A DNA stretch of 64,000 nt from an uncultured virus (IMG/VR IMGVR_UViG_3300047480_000789) (taxonomy: Duplodnaviria > Heunggongvirae > Uroviricota > Caudoviricetes), in IMG/VR virus record IMGVR_UViG_3300047480_000789. One strand, written 5' to 3'. How positions within the stretch are numbered: position 1 is the stretch's first letter; each line of letters begins with the position of its first letter. Below are positions 27,645-37,054 of the stretch, in pieces. Position numbers and translations under genes: made by a program. The notes beneath the pieces were generated by a model that saw nothing but the letters and a program-made list of their open reading frames with translations, did not search any database and was not told the DNA's origin.

Positions 27645-29987
27645 TTAAGAAATTTTTGTTGTGATAAAATCTATTGATGATACGTTCTCTTCTTTTTTAA
27701 TCATAATTAGATTATCCGACCAATTACGTATTAAAGAATTATGTGATATGACAAAAATATGTTCAAAATAATTCTTAATCTTTTTAAAGAACTCACCGAC
27801 CATTTCCAAATTCTCATCGGCCACTTTACCAAACACCTCATCCATAACAACAATATTGGGTTTTGGTAATGAGGATATTTTAGTTAATACACTACGAAGT
27901 GCTAATGATGAAATTGTTCTTTCATACCCCGAACCCGCATTAAGAGGTTTAACAACACGAGTCTCGGAATCAATCATAACAAACTCAACTTCATTTTTAT
28001 CGTTAATGTTCATTTCCAAAATAAAGTGACAACTGTCAACTAACAAACGATATAACTCTACGTTAATTAATGGAACCATATTCTTTAAGATGACTTTTGA
28101 AATTCCATTCTTACCGTACACGGTTAAATATATTTTGAACACCCCTAACAACTCTTCTTCAGATTTAATTTTAGTGATTAAATCATTATTGATTCCAATC
28201 TTTTCTATTAAGTTGGTAACGTTGTTTTTATGTTTTTCAATATTCGTACCGGTAACACGAATGTCACCATTAGCGGTTTCTATTTTAGTCCTTAAAGAAA
28301 TCACCTCGGAATCAATTTTTTGATTTTCCTCAAGTTTCTTTTTGTTATCTTCGTATCTATCTAATCGTAGTTGTTTAGAATCAATTTCAAGTTGTTTTTG
28401 TTCAACTTCTAATTCATAACGAGCCTTACGTAATTTATTTTTTTCGTACGTTTCAAATTCAGTTTTTAAATTATTAAACGTATCCGATTCAGATTTTAAT
28501 TTTTCAATTTCTTTATCGTTAGTCTCTCTGTCTTTATCAATCTCACTTATTTTCTTTTTTGTTTCCTCAATTTCATCTGTATGGTCAACCTCATCTAATG
28601 GGCGGTTACACTTAGGGCAAATTTTTCCCTCTTCCAATAATTTAATATGTCTTTCTTTCTCACTTTTTTCTCGTTCACCTATACGATTTTCAACATCCAA
28701 CTGATTTATTTTTTCTCTCAATTGTCTATGTTCTTCCTCGTCATAATATTTTTTAGGTTCGACCACTTCAACATTACTTGCATTTAAAAAACTTATATTT
28801 TTTTGTGTTTTTAAGTCATTAATTTCCCTTTCAAGTAGGATTGGGTTAGTGTTGATTAACTCTCGGTCAACATCGTTATTTCTAAGTGTTAAAACTTCGT
28901 CACGTCTACTTTCTAACCTTACTAATTCGTTTTGAAAACCTTCCAAATCGTTTTGTAATTTAAGTATTTGGTCTTTGGATTCGTTGATGCTCCCATTATA
29001 TGACTCGTTATCACTTTCTAATTGAACAATGTTAAATGTGTTTGAGATTAGTTTTTTTGACCACTCGTTATACATCTCCTTTGCAATCTCTTCCTTAGTT
29101 TTTAAACTTTCTAAACCCATAAACTTGGTTAGAATTTGTCCTCGAGCCGTTGGTTTGGATTCGATTAACTCTTCTAAGTTATAACCGGTAGTTAGAATTG
29201 TCGATAAGAAGTCTTCTTGTGTTCCGATAGCTGACGCTATAAATGCTTCAGTTTCTCTTCTCTGTTCTCCAGATAGATTCACTATCGTACCATCTTCTGC
29301 CTTTTTAAAGAATTCTAATTCATTCTTGACAGTATAATCACCTGACTTACTCATCTTACGTAATGTTTTACGTTCTATGACATAATCTTCACCATCAATA
29401 GTAATCTCACCACGAACACTAACTTCATTTTTATCAGTGAATCTGTTAAAAATTTCACCATTAGTTTTAGTTTTTGTTGTAGTGTTAAAAAATAAAAACA
29501 TTAACAAATCAACTGACGACGTAGATTTACCACCAAAGTTCTTAGGGTTTGATTCAATCACAGTGATTCCGTCAAGATTAGTAAAATCAATAACATTGTT
29601 GTCACCAAACGAAAGAAAGTTAGAAAATTCAACCTTCTTTATAAACCATTTATTATATCTAACTTTATTTTCATTTAACTTATCAATCTGTGCGTTGACT
29701 TTGTTGTCTAATCTCTCAACCAATTCCCACTTAACATTAATTTTATTATCATTAATAAAATCTTTCATTAATCTTTTCTGATACTCTTGATCTAAGATAT
29801 TGTCCGACGCCTCTAACGATTCTAATCTTGTTTGGGTGACATTTGTTAGATTTTTTGTAATGACCTGAATGGACTTAGAACCGTATTTTTTTTCAAAATA
29901 CGATTTTACTCTTCTAATTTTCTCAGGTGTAAAATTTTCAGGAACATCTTCCCAAGTTACTTTAATAAATGGATTATCGTTTGCCAT
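27645..29987 (-). CDS. sbcC: SbcC/Rad50/gp46-like ATPase
   Basis: NFLSFG, NFGGKST, CPKC zinc hook, GSGYE signature, VVMDEVFG, VISH. Confidence 0.9.
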   Translation of the reverse strand: MANDNPFIKVTWEDVPENFTPEKIRRVKSYFEKKYGSKSIQVITKNLTNVTQTRLESLEASDNILDQEYQKRLMKDFINDNKINVKWELVERLDNKVNAQIDKLNENKVRYNKWFIKKVEFSNFLSFGDNNVIDFTNLDGITVIESNPKNFGGKSTSSVDLLMFLFFNTTTKTKTNGEIFNRFTDKNEVSVRGEITIDGEDYVIERKTLRKMSKSGDYTVKNELEFFKKAEDGTIVNLSGEQRRETEAFIASAIGTQEDFLSTILTTGYNLEELIESKPTARGQILTKFMGLESLKTKEEIAKEMYNEWSKKLISNTFNIVQLESDNESYNGSINESKDQILKLQNDLEGFQNELVRLESRRDEVLTLRNNDVDRELINTNPILLEREINDLKTQKNISFLNASNVEVVEPKKYYDEEEHRQLREKINQLDVENRIGEREKSEKERHIKLLEEGKICPKCNRPLDEVDHTDEIEETKKKISEIDKDRETNDKEIEKLKSESDTFNNLKTEFETYEKNKLRKARYELEVEQKQLEIDSKQLRLDRYEDNKKKLEENQKIDSEVISLRTKIETANGDIRVTGTNIEKHKNNVTNLIEKIGINNDLITKIKSEEELLGVFKIYLTVYGKNGISKVILKNMVPLINVELYRLLVDSCHFILEMNINDKNEVEFVMIDSETRVVKPLNAGSGYERTISSLALRSVLTKISSLPKPNIVVMDEVFGKVADENLEMVGEFFKKIKNYFEHIFVISHNSLIRNWSDNLIMIKKEENVSSIDFITTKIS

Positions 29988-30535
29988 AGTTTTTCTTTGA
30001 AACTTAATTTTTGTGTTTGTTGTAAAACGTATTCACCATATAAAAAATCATAGGTTTCCACGTTTTCATTTCTAAATGATAACCAATCTTCGACTTCGTC
30101 ACTATTGTTAGGTTGAAAGCTTGTTCTAATTAATTTCTTAGAATCCCTGATTGTTTCAGGTCTAATAACAATAAACTGTGTAAAATCTTTATTGGTCCTT
30201 ACAAATATATTTTTTTTACTACTCGGATTGTCAACTTGTTTACCATAATATGAATTAACATCTTTCCAATATTTTTCTTTTCTTCCTGGTATATTAATTG
30301 TTCGATAATTTAATCCCGTCAAATTTAACGAATATGAATCAACATTCCAAAAGTCACCATTCCATTTACCGTGTTCAACCTCAACGCCTAATAAATTATC
30401 GTCAACACCTAACAAGTCAATCTTTTTTTCAACTTCATTTGATTTTAATTCTATATTAAATCTTTTTCTAAAAAATTCAATCACTGCGTTTCGTACTAAT
30501 GAATCATCGAAACTGGCACCTCTTAATTTGGCCAT
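29957..30535 (-). CDS. Putative PD-(D/E)XK-like endonuclease
   Basis: KIDLLG...GVEVEH resembles a restriction-type core; overlaps the sbcC start. Confidence 0.4.
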   Translation of the reverse strand: MAKLRGASFDDSLVRNAVIEFFRKRFNIELKSNEVEKKIDLLGVDDNLLGVEVEHGKWNGDFWNVDSYSLNLTGLNYRTINIPGRKEKYWKDVNSYYGKQVDNPSSKKNIFVRTNKDFTQFIVIRPETIRDSKKLIRTSFQPNNSDEVEDWLSFRNENVETYDFLYGEYVLQQTQKLSFKEKLWQTIIHLLK

Positions 30536-30541
30536 TTAATT

Positions 30542-30856
30542 TTATTTAATTCTGCTTTCCTCGAAAAATTCGATAATTGCATTTATTGCCCAAACGGCTC
30601 CTGCGGTTACCATACCATCAAAAAACAGATAGGTAAACCAATATTGTCCAACTAAGAATTTATTTGTCAAACCACCTAACGCTATTGACATAAAAAATCC
30701 AACCCAAGTTGCTGTACATAATGTGCAACTAATTAAATCCCCGAAGAATTTAGAATACTTCTTAATAAATGTTCTTGTACTTTCAAAAATAGAACCCCAC
30801 ACTAAAATTGATGTCATACCGTATGCTGCGAGTATCCAAATAAATAAAATTTCCAT
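30542..30856 (-). CDS. DUF1360-like membrane protein
   Basis: Three TM segments with GDLISCTLCTATWVG. Confidence 0.6.
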   Translation of the reverse strand: MEILFIWILAAYGMTSILVWGSIFESTRTFIKKYSKFFGDLISCTLCTATWVGFFMSIALGGLTNKFLVGQYWFTYLFFDGMVTAGAVWAINAIIEFFEESRIK

Positions 30857-30901
30857 AATGATGTTTTTTATAATATACTTAATTTAATTGATAAAACGAA
30901 A

Positions 30902-31501
30902 TTATTCATCGTATAATGAATTGAGATTGCTATTTTTCATAAAACGACCTTTACCTATGTTGTCAAGTGATGATGTGATTTTTTCAAGGTCAGATTTTAG
31001 TTTTTCATTTTCTTCTTTTAATTTTTCAATCTCTTCGTTATTAAAAACTTCCTTCGTCACTTCAACGATTTTTTCAATCGGTACTTCTTTAATAATTTCC
31101 TTAATGACTTCAACGGGCACTTCTTTGACTACTGTTTTAGTTTTTGTTTTAACTTTACCTTCAATCGGTACCTCTTTAATCACTTCAAAAGGTACTTCTT
31201 TTATAACTTCCCTAACCACCTCAAATGGTACTTCTTTAATAATTTCCTTAATAACTTCAACCGGAACTTCGACAATTTTCTCAATCACCCTATCCACAAT
31301 TACTTCTCTAATGACTTCAATCTCCACCGGTACTTCGACTGTTTCTGTTACTCGTTTACCAAAAGGTGTTTCACCATATTTTAACAAAGAAAACCCTCGT
31401 GTGAAGGTTTCCTTTGCTAACTTGTCGACATTTTCAATCTTATTTAACTCACAATACTGTATGAATTCCCTATCCAAGGTTAACGTGTACTTCTTTTCCA
31501 T
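30902..31501 (-). CDS. EVP-repeat protein (start revised to ATG 31501)
   Basis: Tandem EVP(V/F/I)EVIKE repeats and C-terminal coiled coil. Confidence 0.7.
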   Translation of the reverse strand: MEKKYTLTLDREFIQYCELNKIENVDKLAKETFTRGFSLLKYGETPFGKRVTETVEVPVEIEVIREVIVDRVIEKIVEVPVEVIKEIIKEVPFEVVREVIKEVPFEVIKEVPIEGKVKTKTKTVVKEVPVEVIKEIIKEVPIEKIVEVTKEVFNNEEIEKLKEENEKLKSDLEKITSSLDNIGKGRFMKNSNLNSLYDE

Positions 31502-32294
31502 CCTCAATATCTTTAATGTCTTTTATTGTGAAATGAAGAAACGGCTGTTCGTTTGGTAAGTCGTGAAATGTATATTCGTCAGTTTCAACATTATATATAC
31601 CATAACCGTGATGTTTCACCGTTTCACCAAAGTTTTGTTGAATAAGGCTACCAACCATCACCGCCTTCCCTCCACTTGGTAACTCCCATTGTTGTCTTTT
31701 GTGTATATCACCACACAGTAATAAATCTAAACCAACAAAGTTTAATCTATCGTAGGCATCTTCAAATTCAAACCCCAAGTCAGTTGATAGTCCTTGAATT
31801 GGTCCGTGAAATAAACCGACAGTTAGTAAACCCTCTTGTTTAGTAAAATCAGGCCTAACATTGTGTTGATATAACGAATAAACAATCCATTGAATGTTAC
31901 CGTCTACATCAACATAATCACCACTATCTTTTAGATATGTGATATTATCGTTATCCAACAATTCAACAACTGGTGTTATACTATCTAATCTTTGTACGTT
32001 ATTTTCTAAGAAATCGTGATTACCTGGAATAATAACAACTTTACCATAATTTGTTAATTCTCTTAAAAACCAACTTGTTAAAAGTAATTGTTCATTTGAT
32101 ATATTAATTTTTTGATGTGCGATGTCACCCGCAATAACAATTCTAATTTCGTTATGCGATATATTTTCATTTGACCATTCTAAAATTTTAATATTAATTT
32201 CTTCTAATAAGAGTTCAAATTGTTTTTTGTACAATTCGTGCATTTGTATCGTTCTGATATGTAAATCAGCGATGTGTATAATTCTTTTTACCAT
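31470..32294 (-). CDS. sbcD: SbcD/Mre11/gp47-like metallophosphoesterase nuclease
   Basis: ADLHI, AGDI, PGNHD, LFHG and GDIHK motifs. Confidence 0.85.
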   Translation of the reverse strand: MVKRIIHIADLHIRTIQMHELYKKQFELLLEEINIKILEWSNENISHNEIRIVIAGDIAHQKINISNEQLLLTSWFLRELTNYGKVVIIPGNHDFLENNVQRLDSITPVVELLDNDNITYLKDSGDYVDVDGNIQWIVYSLYQHNVRPDFTKQEGLLTVGLFHGPIQGLSTDLGFEFEDAYDRLNFVGLDLLLCGDIHKRQQWELPSGGKAVMVGSLIQQNFGETVKHHGYGIYNVETDEYTFHDLPNEQPFLHFTIKDIKDIEDGKEVHVNLG

Positions 32295-33148
32295 CTTTTA
32301 ATGTATTTTGTTAAGTCCATTGATAAAATTGCTGTATTGATTTGTGGAGGAACTTTATATTCAACGAATGTCCCATCTTCTTTTAATAACACGACAACAT
32401 TTCCCAATAGTTTTGTATCATTGTACTTTGTACCTTTCAACATCTTACGTAATAATCGACCATATAATGGAAGTTGTAAGTAATAATGACCCAAAGCATT
32501 GTCGTGAAAATTATTGAATGGTGGGTATAATTTGCCTGTGTAATGTTGTACTTCAAAGTTTTTTGGTTGGTTAGTTTTCCAATCTGTAATAACAAAACCA
32601 AAATCATCTTTAGCCTTATTTTCCATTAACCATACCTTATCGGGTTGTCCAGTATATTGCTCTTCGGGGTCCCCCAATACTATTTCAGTATCTAATAAGA
32701 CCCCACCTCTTTCTAACATTAAATCAAGAAATTCTTTTCCTGCCTTAATCATATTATCACTCTTACGTTGTTGTTCTTCATTAATTTCAAATATAGGTTG
32801 TCTAACTTCTTTATAGTTATCAAATCTACCAATCAAATCAGATTCCAATTCAAAATGAACACGACTACCCATATTAGTTGACAAGTCACCGGCCATTTTC
32901 CATTCGGCAAGTAACTGAGCCTGCCCTTCAGGGTCACCTTTGGACATCTTCAACGCCATCCCTTCAGCATCAAATGGTTTGTGGAACTTTTTTATAATTT
33001 TAGAAACCGATGGAAAATTTCTTTTAATTTGACCATCTAAATCTTTCATATAGTATATGTGTTCCTCCTCAATGAAAGTCAATTCTAATTGTCTCCTTCT
33101 CTCCTCTAATAAATCTTTTATCTCTAATGAGATGTCAGTTAAATTCAT
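32288..33148 (-). CDS. PD-(D/E)XK exonuclease (Cas4/RecB-like)
   Basis: PSVS, GSRVH, GQPD, TDWKT and YYLQLPLY. Confidence 0.8.
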   Translation of the reverse strand: MNLTDISLEIKDLLEERRRQLELTFIEEEHIYYMKDLDGQIKRNFPSVSKIIKKFHKPFDAEGMALKMSKGDPEGQAQLLAEWKMAGDLSTNMGSRVHFELESDLIGRFDNYKEVRQPIFEINEEQQRKSDNMIKAGKEFLDLMLERGGVLLDTEIVLGDPEEQYTGQPDKVWLMENKAKDDFGFVITDWKTNQPKNFEVQHYTGKLYPPFNNFHDNALGHYYLQLPLYGRLLRKMLKGTKYNDTKLLGNVVVLLKEDGTFVEYKVPPQINTAILSMDLTKYIKRW

Positions 33149-33149
33149 A

Positions 33150-34091
33150 TTAATCTATTTGTTTTATTTTATACCCACTTAAATCACCCTTTAAATCGGC
33201 AATATCTTTGTCACCTTCTAATTTCACAATCCAAACTTTACCCATTAACTTACCACAATTAATTCTATGATATAACCGTTCAGCATCTTCCCAAGCATCA
33301 GGGTCTAACACTATGACAATTTTTTTTGCATTTTCGTATAGTTTCTTAAACAAGTAATCACTCATAAACTTACCCAACATAGGTATTGCATTTGGTATGA
33401 ATATACTATCGAAAGCCCCTTCAACAATATAAATCGTTTCATTCCAATCGATAAGTTTTTCATTGAATATTATAATTTCTTTTTGTGCTTCTGGATTTTT
33501 ATATTTCATCTTCGTATTATTCAAATACGAACGAGCAATAAAATAATTAATTCTACTATCCTCATCGTATGAAGGAATTATGATTCTATTTTCGTAGATT
33601 CCTTTATAACAAAATCCAATATTATAAATTTGTAACATTAAATCTGTTACATTACGTTTCTTGATATAATTATAGGCTTGTTTATAATATGGTGTCATCT
33701 TTAAACCCATACTAGCATCTTTGAATGAAATAAATTCATCGGGTAATTTAACGGGTTTAAAAACACGATTACTACCATCTTCGGTTTGTTCGGGACGAAG
33801 TAACTCGTAATTTTTTAAATGTTTTTTATTACCAAATCTTTTAATTAATTTATAAATTGATCCGTGGGTTCCGTGAGTCTCAGCACATACCCAACATTTA
33901 TAAACATTATACTTGTAATTAACTTCTAAGTTACCCTTACCATCTCCGTGTTCTAAACCTTTTATTTCGTGTGAGCACACGGGGCAATCAAAACTCACCT
34001 GACATCTATAGTCATTGTGGTTTTTGTAATCACCAAATATATCTTCAAGGATTTCAAAGATTGGTGTATAATCTACTTCTTGATTGCTCAT
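33150..34091 (-). CDS. DNA primase (start revised to ATG 34091)
   Basis: Zinc finger CPVC...CWVC, RIIIP, KYKNP, TOPRIM VEGAFD and LDPD. Confidence 0.85.
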   Translation of the reverse strand: MSNQEVDYTPIFEILEDIFGDYKNHNDYRCQVSFDCPVCSHEIKGLEHGDGKGNLEVNYKYNVYKCWVCAETHGTHGSIYKLIKRFGNKKHLKNYELLRPEQTEDGSNRVFKPVKLPDEFISFKDASMGLKMTPYYKQAYNYIKKRNVTDLMLQIYNIGFCYKGIYENRIIIPSYDEDSRINYFIARSYLNNTKMKYKNPEAQKEIIIFNEKLIDWNETIYIVEGAFDSIFIPNAIPMLGKFMSDYLFKKLYENAKKIVIVLDPDAWEDAERLYHRINCGKLMGKVWIVKLEGDKDIADLKGDLSGYKIKQID

Positions 34092-34137
34092 ATAGTAGAA
34101 TGATAAATAAAAAAAACGATAAAAAAAAATAACGAGC

Positions 34138-34208
34138 AAAAAAATGGGGAACCCACACCACCGAGTTCCCCTACCAACTAAACTTGTATTTCTACAAGTC
34201 CCGTCCTT
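34138..34208 (-). ncRNA. Candidate small structured RNA (two hairpins, the second a terminator)
   Basis: TATTTATT at 34211-34218, GACTTGTA-GAAA-TACAAGTT, GGGGAACTC/GGGTTCCCC followed by T7. Confidence 0.45.
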
Positions 34209-34261
34209 TTAATAAATATAACATAAACATTTAACAAAGTAAAATATTAATCAAATATTTT

Positions 34262-34867
34262 TTAGCGTTGTTTATTCATATTGACATAACCGATAACACA
34301 ACAAGCGGCATCTGCCATATCATAATTTTCTTTTTTTAAATTTCCCGTTTTTCCGTATAACCATTCGATATCGGGACACACACTATTAACGTGTTCCCAA
34401 ATTACGTGTTTCTTATCAATATCTTTAGGGTAACCACCAAATAATACATTACGACCCTTATCATTTGGGCCAACTAAATCAGGAAACGCAAATTTTCTTG
34501 AGTTATATGTTGATATGAATGTCGGTAACACTCCCAAAACATCGTAACAATTCTTTAAAATTAAAGTATTATATCGTAATAAAGTCCCAATCGTATAAAT
34601 GTTGTTTGATTGTAATAAAGGTTCTTCAATAATGACACGAGTAATTCCTATATCCTTATAACCTTCTAAGTGCTTCTTAAATGCGTCCGCTTTTTTTATT
34701 AACTCCTCAATCTTATCTTCGGGTTGAGGTTTAATTTTTGGGGAAAAATGACTTAATTCTAATAACTTAGAACCTGATATGTCAAATAACGCCCATCCAA
34801 TAGTTTTGGTTGAAATATCTAATCCCAAAATTTTTGGCTTGTTCTTAAATTTTACATCTATACTCAT
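34262..34867 (-). CDS. RuvC-like Holliday junction resolvase
   Basis: ILGLDISTKTIGWA, IIEEP and DMADA RNase H-fold motifs. Confidence 0.8.
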   Translation of the reverse strand: MSIDVKFKNKPKILGLDISTKTIGWALFDISGSKLLELSHFSPKIKPQPEDKIEELIKKADAFKKHLEGYKDIGITRVIIEEPLLQSNNIYTIGTLLRYNTLILKNCYDVLGVLPTFISTYNSRKFAFPDLVGPNDKGRNVLFGGYPKDIDKKHVIWEHVNSVCPDIEWLYGKTGNLKKENYDMADAACCVIGYVNMNKQR

Positions 34868-34906
34868 ATTAACAATATATAGACAATAAATGTGAAAATG
34901 TAAAGC

Positions 34907-37033
34907 TTAGAAATCTAATTTAATTGCCAATACCTGAGCACCGTTTCTTTTAATTGGTGTGGAAGTTTTTGCAACTACTAATGATTCTTTATTAGAATTG
35001 AGTAACGCCACTTCAGTTATATACGTTGAGGTTGTACCCGTTATTGGATGTGTTGGATTTTGTGAAAACCCATTATCACTATTAGGGATATCCCCAAAAG
35101 TCCCCTCAGGTAAGTTAATCAGAAAATTCATTTGTTCAATATCCGTAGCCCTAACTAATTTAATGCTGCCAGGAAACGGTTGTTCGTCACCAAATTGTGG
35201 TTCGGTAGTACTATTTGTATCTCCTAAATAATTTGTTGTTAATCCTGAGAAATGATTTTCTAAATCAAACTTGTTTGAAGATGATGCGTCATACTGCGTT
35301 TTAGTTATTGTAAATGTTTTACCACTAAAATTGGTAACATTAATTAAAGATGAACCATCTCCACCAACTTCTGATGTTAAATCAATTTTTCTCCATTCGC
35401 TTGATATTGGTGTTCCAGTTGCACTATTTACAATTTGAACTAAAGCGGTGAATTTATTAGCAACAAATCCTTCATTTAATGACGACGTATTAGTCTTTAA
35501 AAAATTTAATTCTGAAACTACACCATCGCCAAATTTAAACGAAATGTTTGATGGTGTTGATGATGTACAACCATCGGTTGCACTACCTAATCTTACTTTA
35601 TTAAAATAATTACAAGGTAATGAGTTTAATTTAGTATCCCCCGTATATTCAAACATATATGTAACCCAAACGGTTTGACCTGTTGTACCTGTCAGCATAG
35701 AATTTGCTGCGGTGCTATTTGTTGGTGTTGCGTAAACTCTTGGTGAAGGTAATGTATATTTTCGGTTACTTCTGTAATCTAAAACCGCAACCAGTTCTTG
35801 ATCATCAATCACAATTATTTTGTTGTTTACAAATACTTTACCAACTCTATAATTATTTTCATCTAATAGATAACGATATTCTAATGCTTGTTTAGTTGTC
35901 GTTATATTCGATTTAATATAATATGGTGTAGAATCCATTTTAAATTTAGCTCCGATTGTATTCGGTTTTCTATGGTATAATATAAATGGAATAAAAACCT
36001 CAAAATAGTTTAAATCACTACTATCGTCCGGTGTTACCGTTGAACCTGTTGATGTTGATGAACTAATATAGTCGTCATATTTAAAAAATCTTTCTGGGTC
36101 TACGTCAATATCACCTAATTCGGAATAATGAATTATTGCAATTGTTCTTTGTTCTTCAGGTGTTACCATTATGATATCATCGCCATCCGTTGAACCTGTT
36201 GACATTGAGTTAGCAAATGACGTACCCGTGATTGTAAATCCTGTTGATGATAGTCCTTGTGCACTTACAAATGTTTGTCCATTTGATTTTGTGTATCCTA
36301 AAAATTGTTTGGTTGACTGATACACATTACTTGTGTAACCAGTTAAAGACTCATCGTCTGAAGTTGTACCAATTACATTTCTATCCCAAACAATATTCAT
36401 TGTCCAAGGATTTAATTGTGTGTCATCAATCAATTCGGGTTGGCATTTATTACAAACAACTTCAACATTTCCTAACAAACTTGATAAGTTCGGTAATGCT
36501 CTGTCTAAAGTCAGTGTATTACCACTAATACTTAAAACTTTATAAACTAAACTGTTTGTATTTCCTGTGATTGTATTTGTCAAACCTGAAAATGGTTTAA
36601 ATGCTACGGTAATATATTCAGTTGTTTGATATGTATTTCCTGTTAATACCACTAAACTAGTTGACCCACTAATATGTGTAAATGGTATTTTTTGTGTTAA
36701 ACATTCTATTGTTTTATTACTTGAACTTGATACGAATCCCGCAGGACTCATATCGTTTCTTAAAGGTATGGGTGCTAAGTAATTTGATATTGGTGTACCA
36801 TATGTTGTTAAATCAGTATCCCCATTTTTATATAAAAATGGATATTTAACACCACCTTCTTTATCTAATGAAGAAAAAACTTTCTGATTAGTTAATGATG
36901 TTGAATAGTCGAATTCAGAATCACCAATTTGGAAATATTCAATTTTAAAGTCTCCTTTAGCAATCGCCATTCTTCCTTTTTGGGTTATTCTAGCCGATAA
37001 AAATTCTGCGTTGTTACTATTTAAAAAACTCAT
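34907..37033 (-). CDS. Baseplate/tail-fibre attachment protein
   Basis: N-terminal ITQKGR..IA..IGD and C-terminal ITEVALLN..LVVAK resemble the tail-collar fibre (DUF3751-like) domain. Confidence 0.55.
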   Translation of the reverse strand: MSFLNSNNAEFLSARITQKGRMAIAKGDFKIEYFQIGDSEFDYSTSLTNQKVFSSLDKEGGVKYPFLYKNGDTDLTTYGTPISNYLAPIPLRNDMSPAGFVSSSSNKTIECLTQKIPFTHISGSTSLVVLTGNTYQTTEYITVAFKPFSGLTNTITGNTNSLVYKVLSISGNTLTLDRALPNLSSLLGNVEVVCNKCQPELIDDTQLNPWTMNIVWDRNVIGTTSDDESLTGYTSNVYQSTKQFLGYTKSNGQTFVSAQGLSSTGFTITGTSFANSMSTGSTDGDDIIMVTPEEQRTIAIIHYSELGDIDVDPERFFKYDDYISSSTSTGSTVTPDDSSDLNYFEVFIPFILYHRKPNTIGAKFKMDSTPYYIKSNITTTKQALEYRYLLDENNYRVGKVFVNNKIIVIDDQELVAVLDYRSNRKYTLPSPRVYATPTNSTAANSMLTGTTGQTVWVTYMFEYTGDTKLNSLPCNYFNKVRLGSATDGCTSSTPSNISFKFGDGVVSELNFLKTNTSSLNEGFVANKFTALVQIVNSATGTPISSEWRKIDLTSEVGGDGSSLINVTNFSGKTFTITKTQYDASSSNKFDLENHFSGLTTNYLGDTNSTTEPQFGDEQPFPGSIKLVRATDIEQMNFLINLPEGTFGDIPNSDNGFSQNPTHPITGTTSTYITEVALLNSNKESLVVAKTSTPIKRNGAQVLAIKLDF

Positions 37034-37037
37034 ATGT

Positions 37038-37045
37038 TATAAATA
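37038..37045 (-). promoter_or_regulatory. Representative TATTTATA putative late promoter
   Basis: Recurs upstream of about 14 genes (see findings). Confidence 0.65.
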
Positions 37046-37054
37046 TCCATTTGA

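Noticed and set aside
30888..31559. 223 aa plus-strand ORF
   Set aside because: Antisense shadow of the EVP repeat gene.
34138..34210. tRNA or known ribozyme/riboswitch
   Set aside because: No cloverleaf, T-loop or hammerhead core recognised; kept only as an unclassified RNA candidate.
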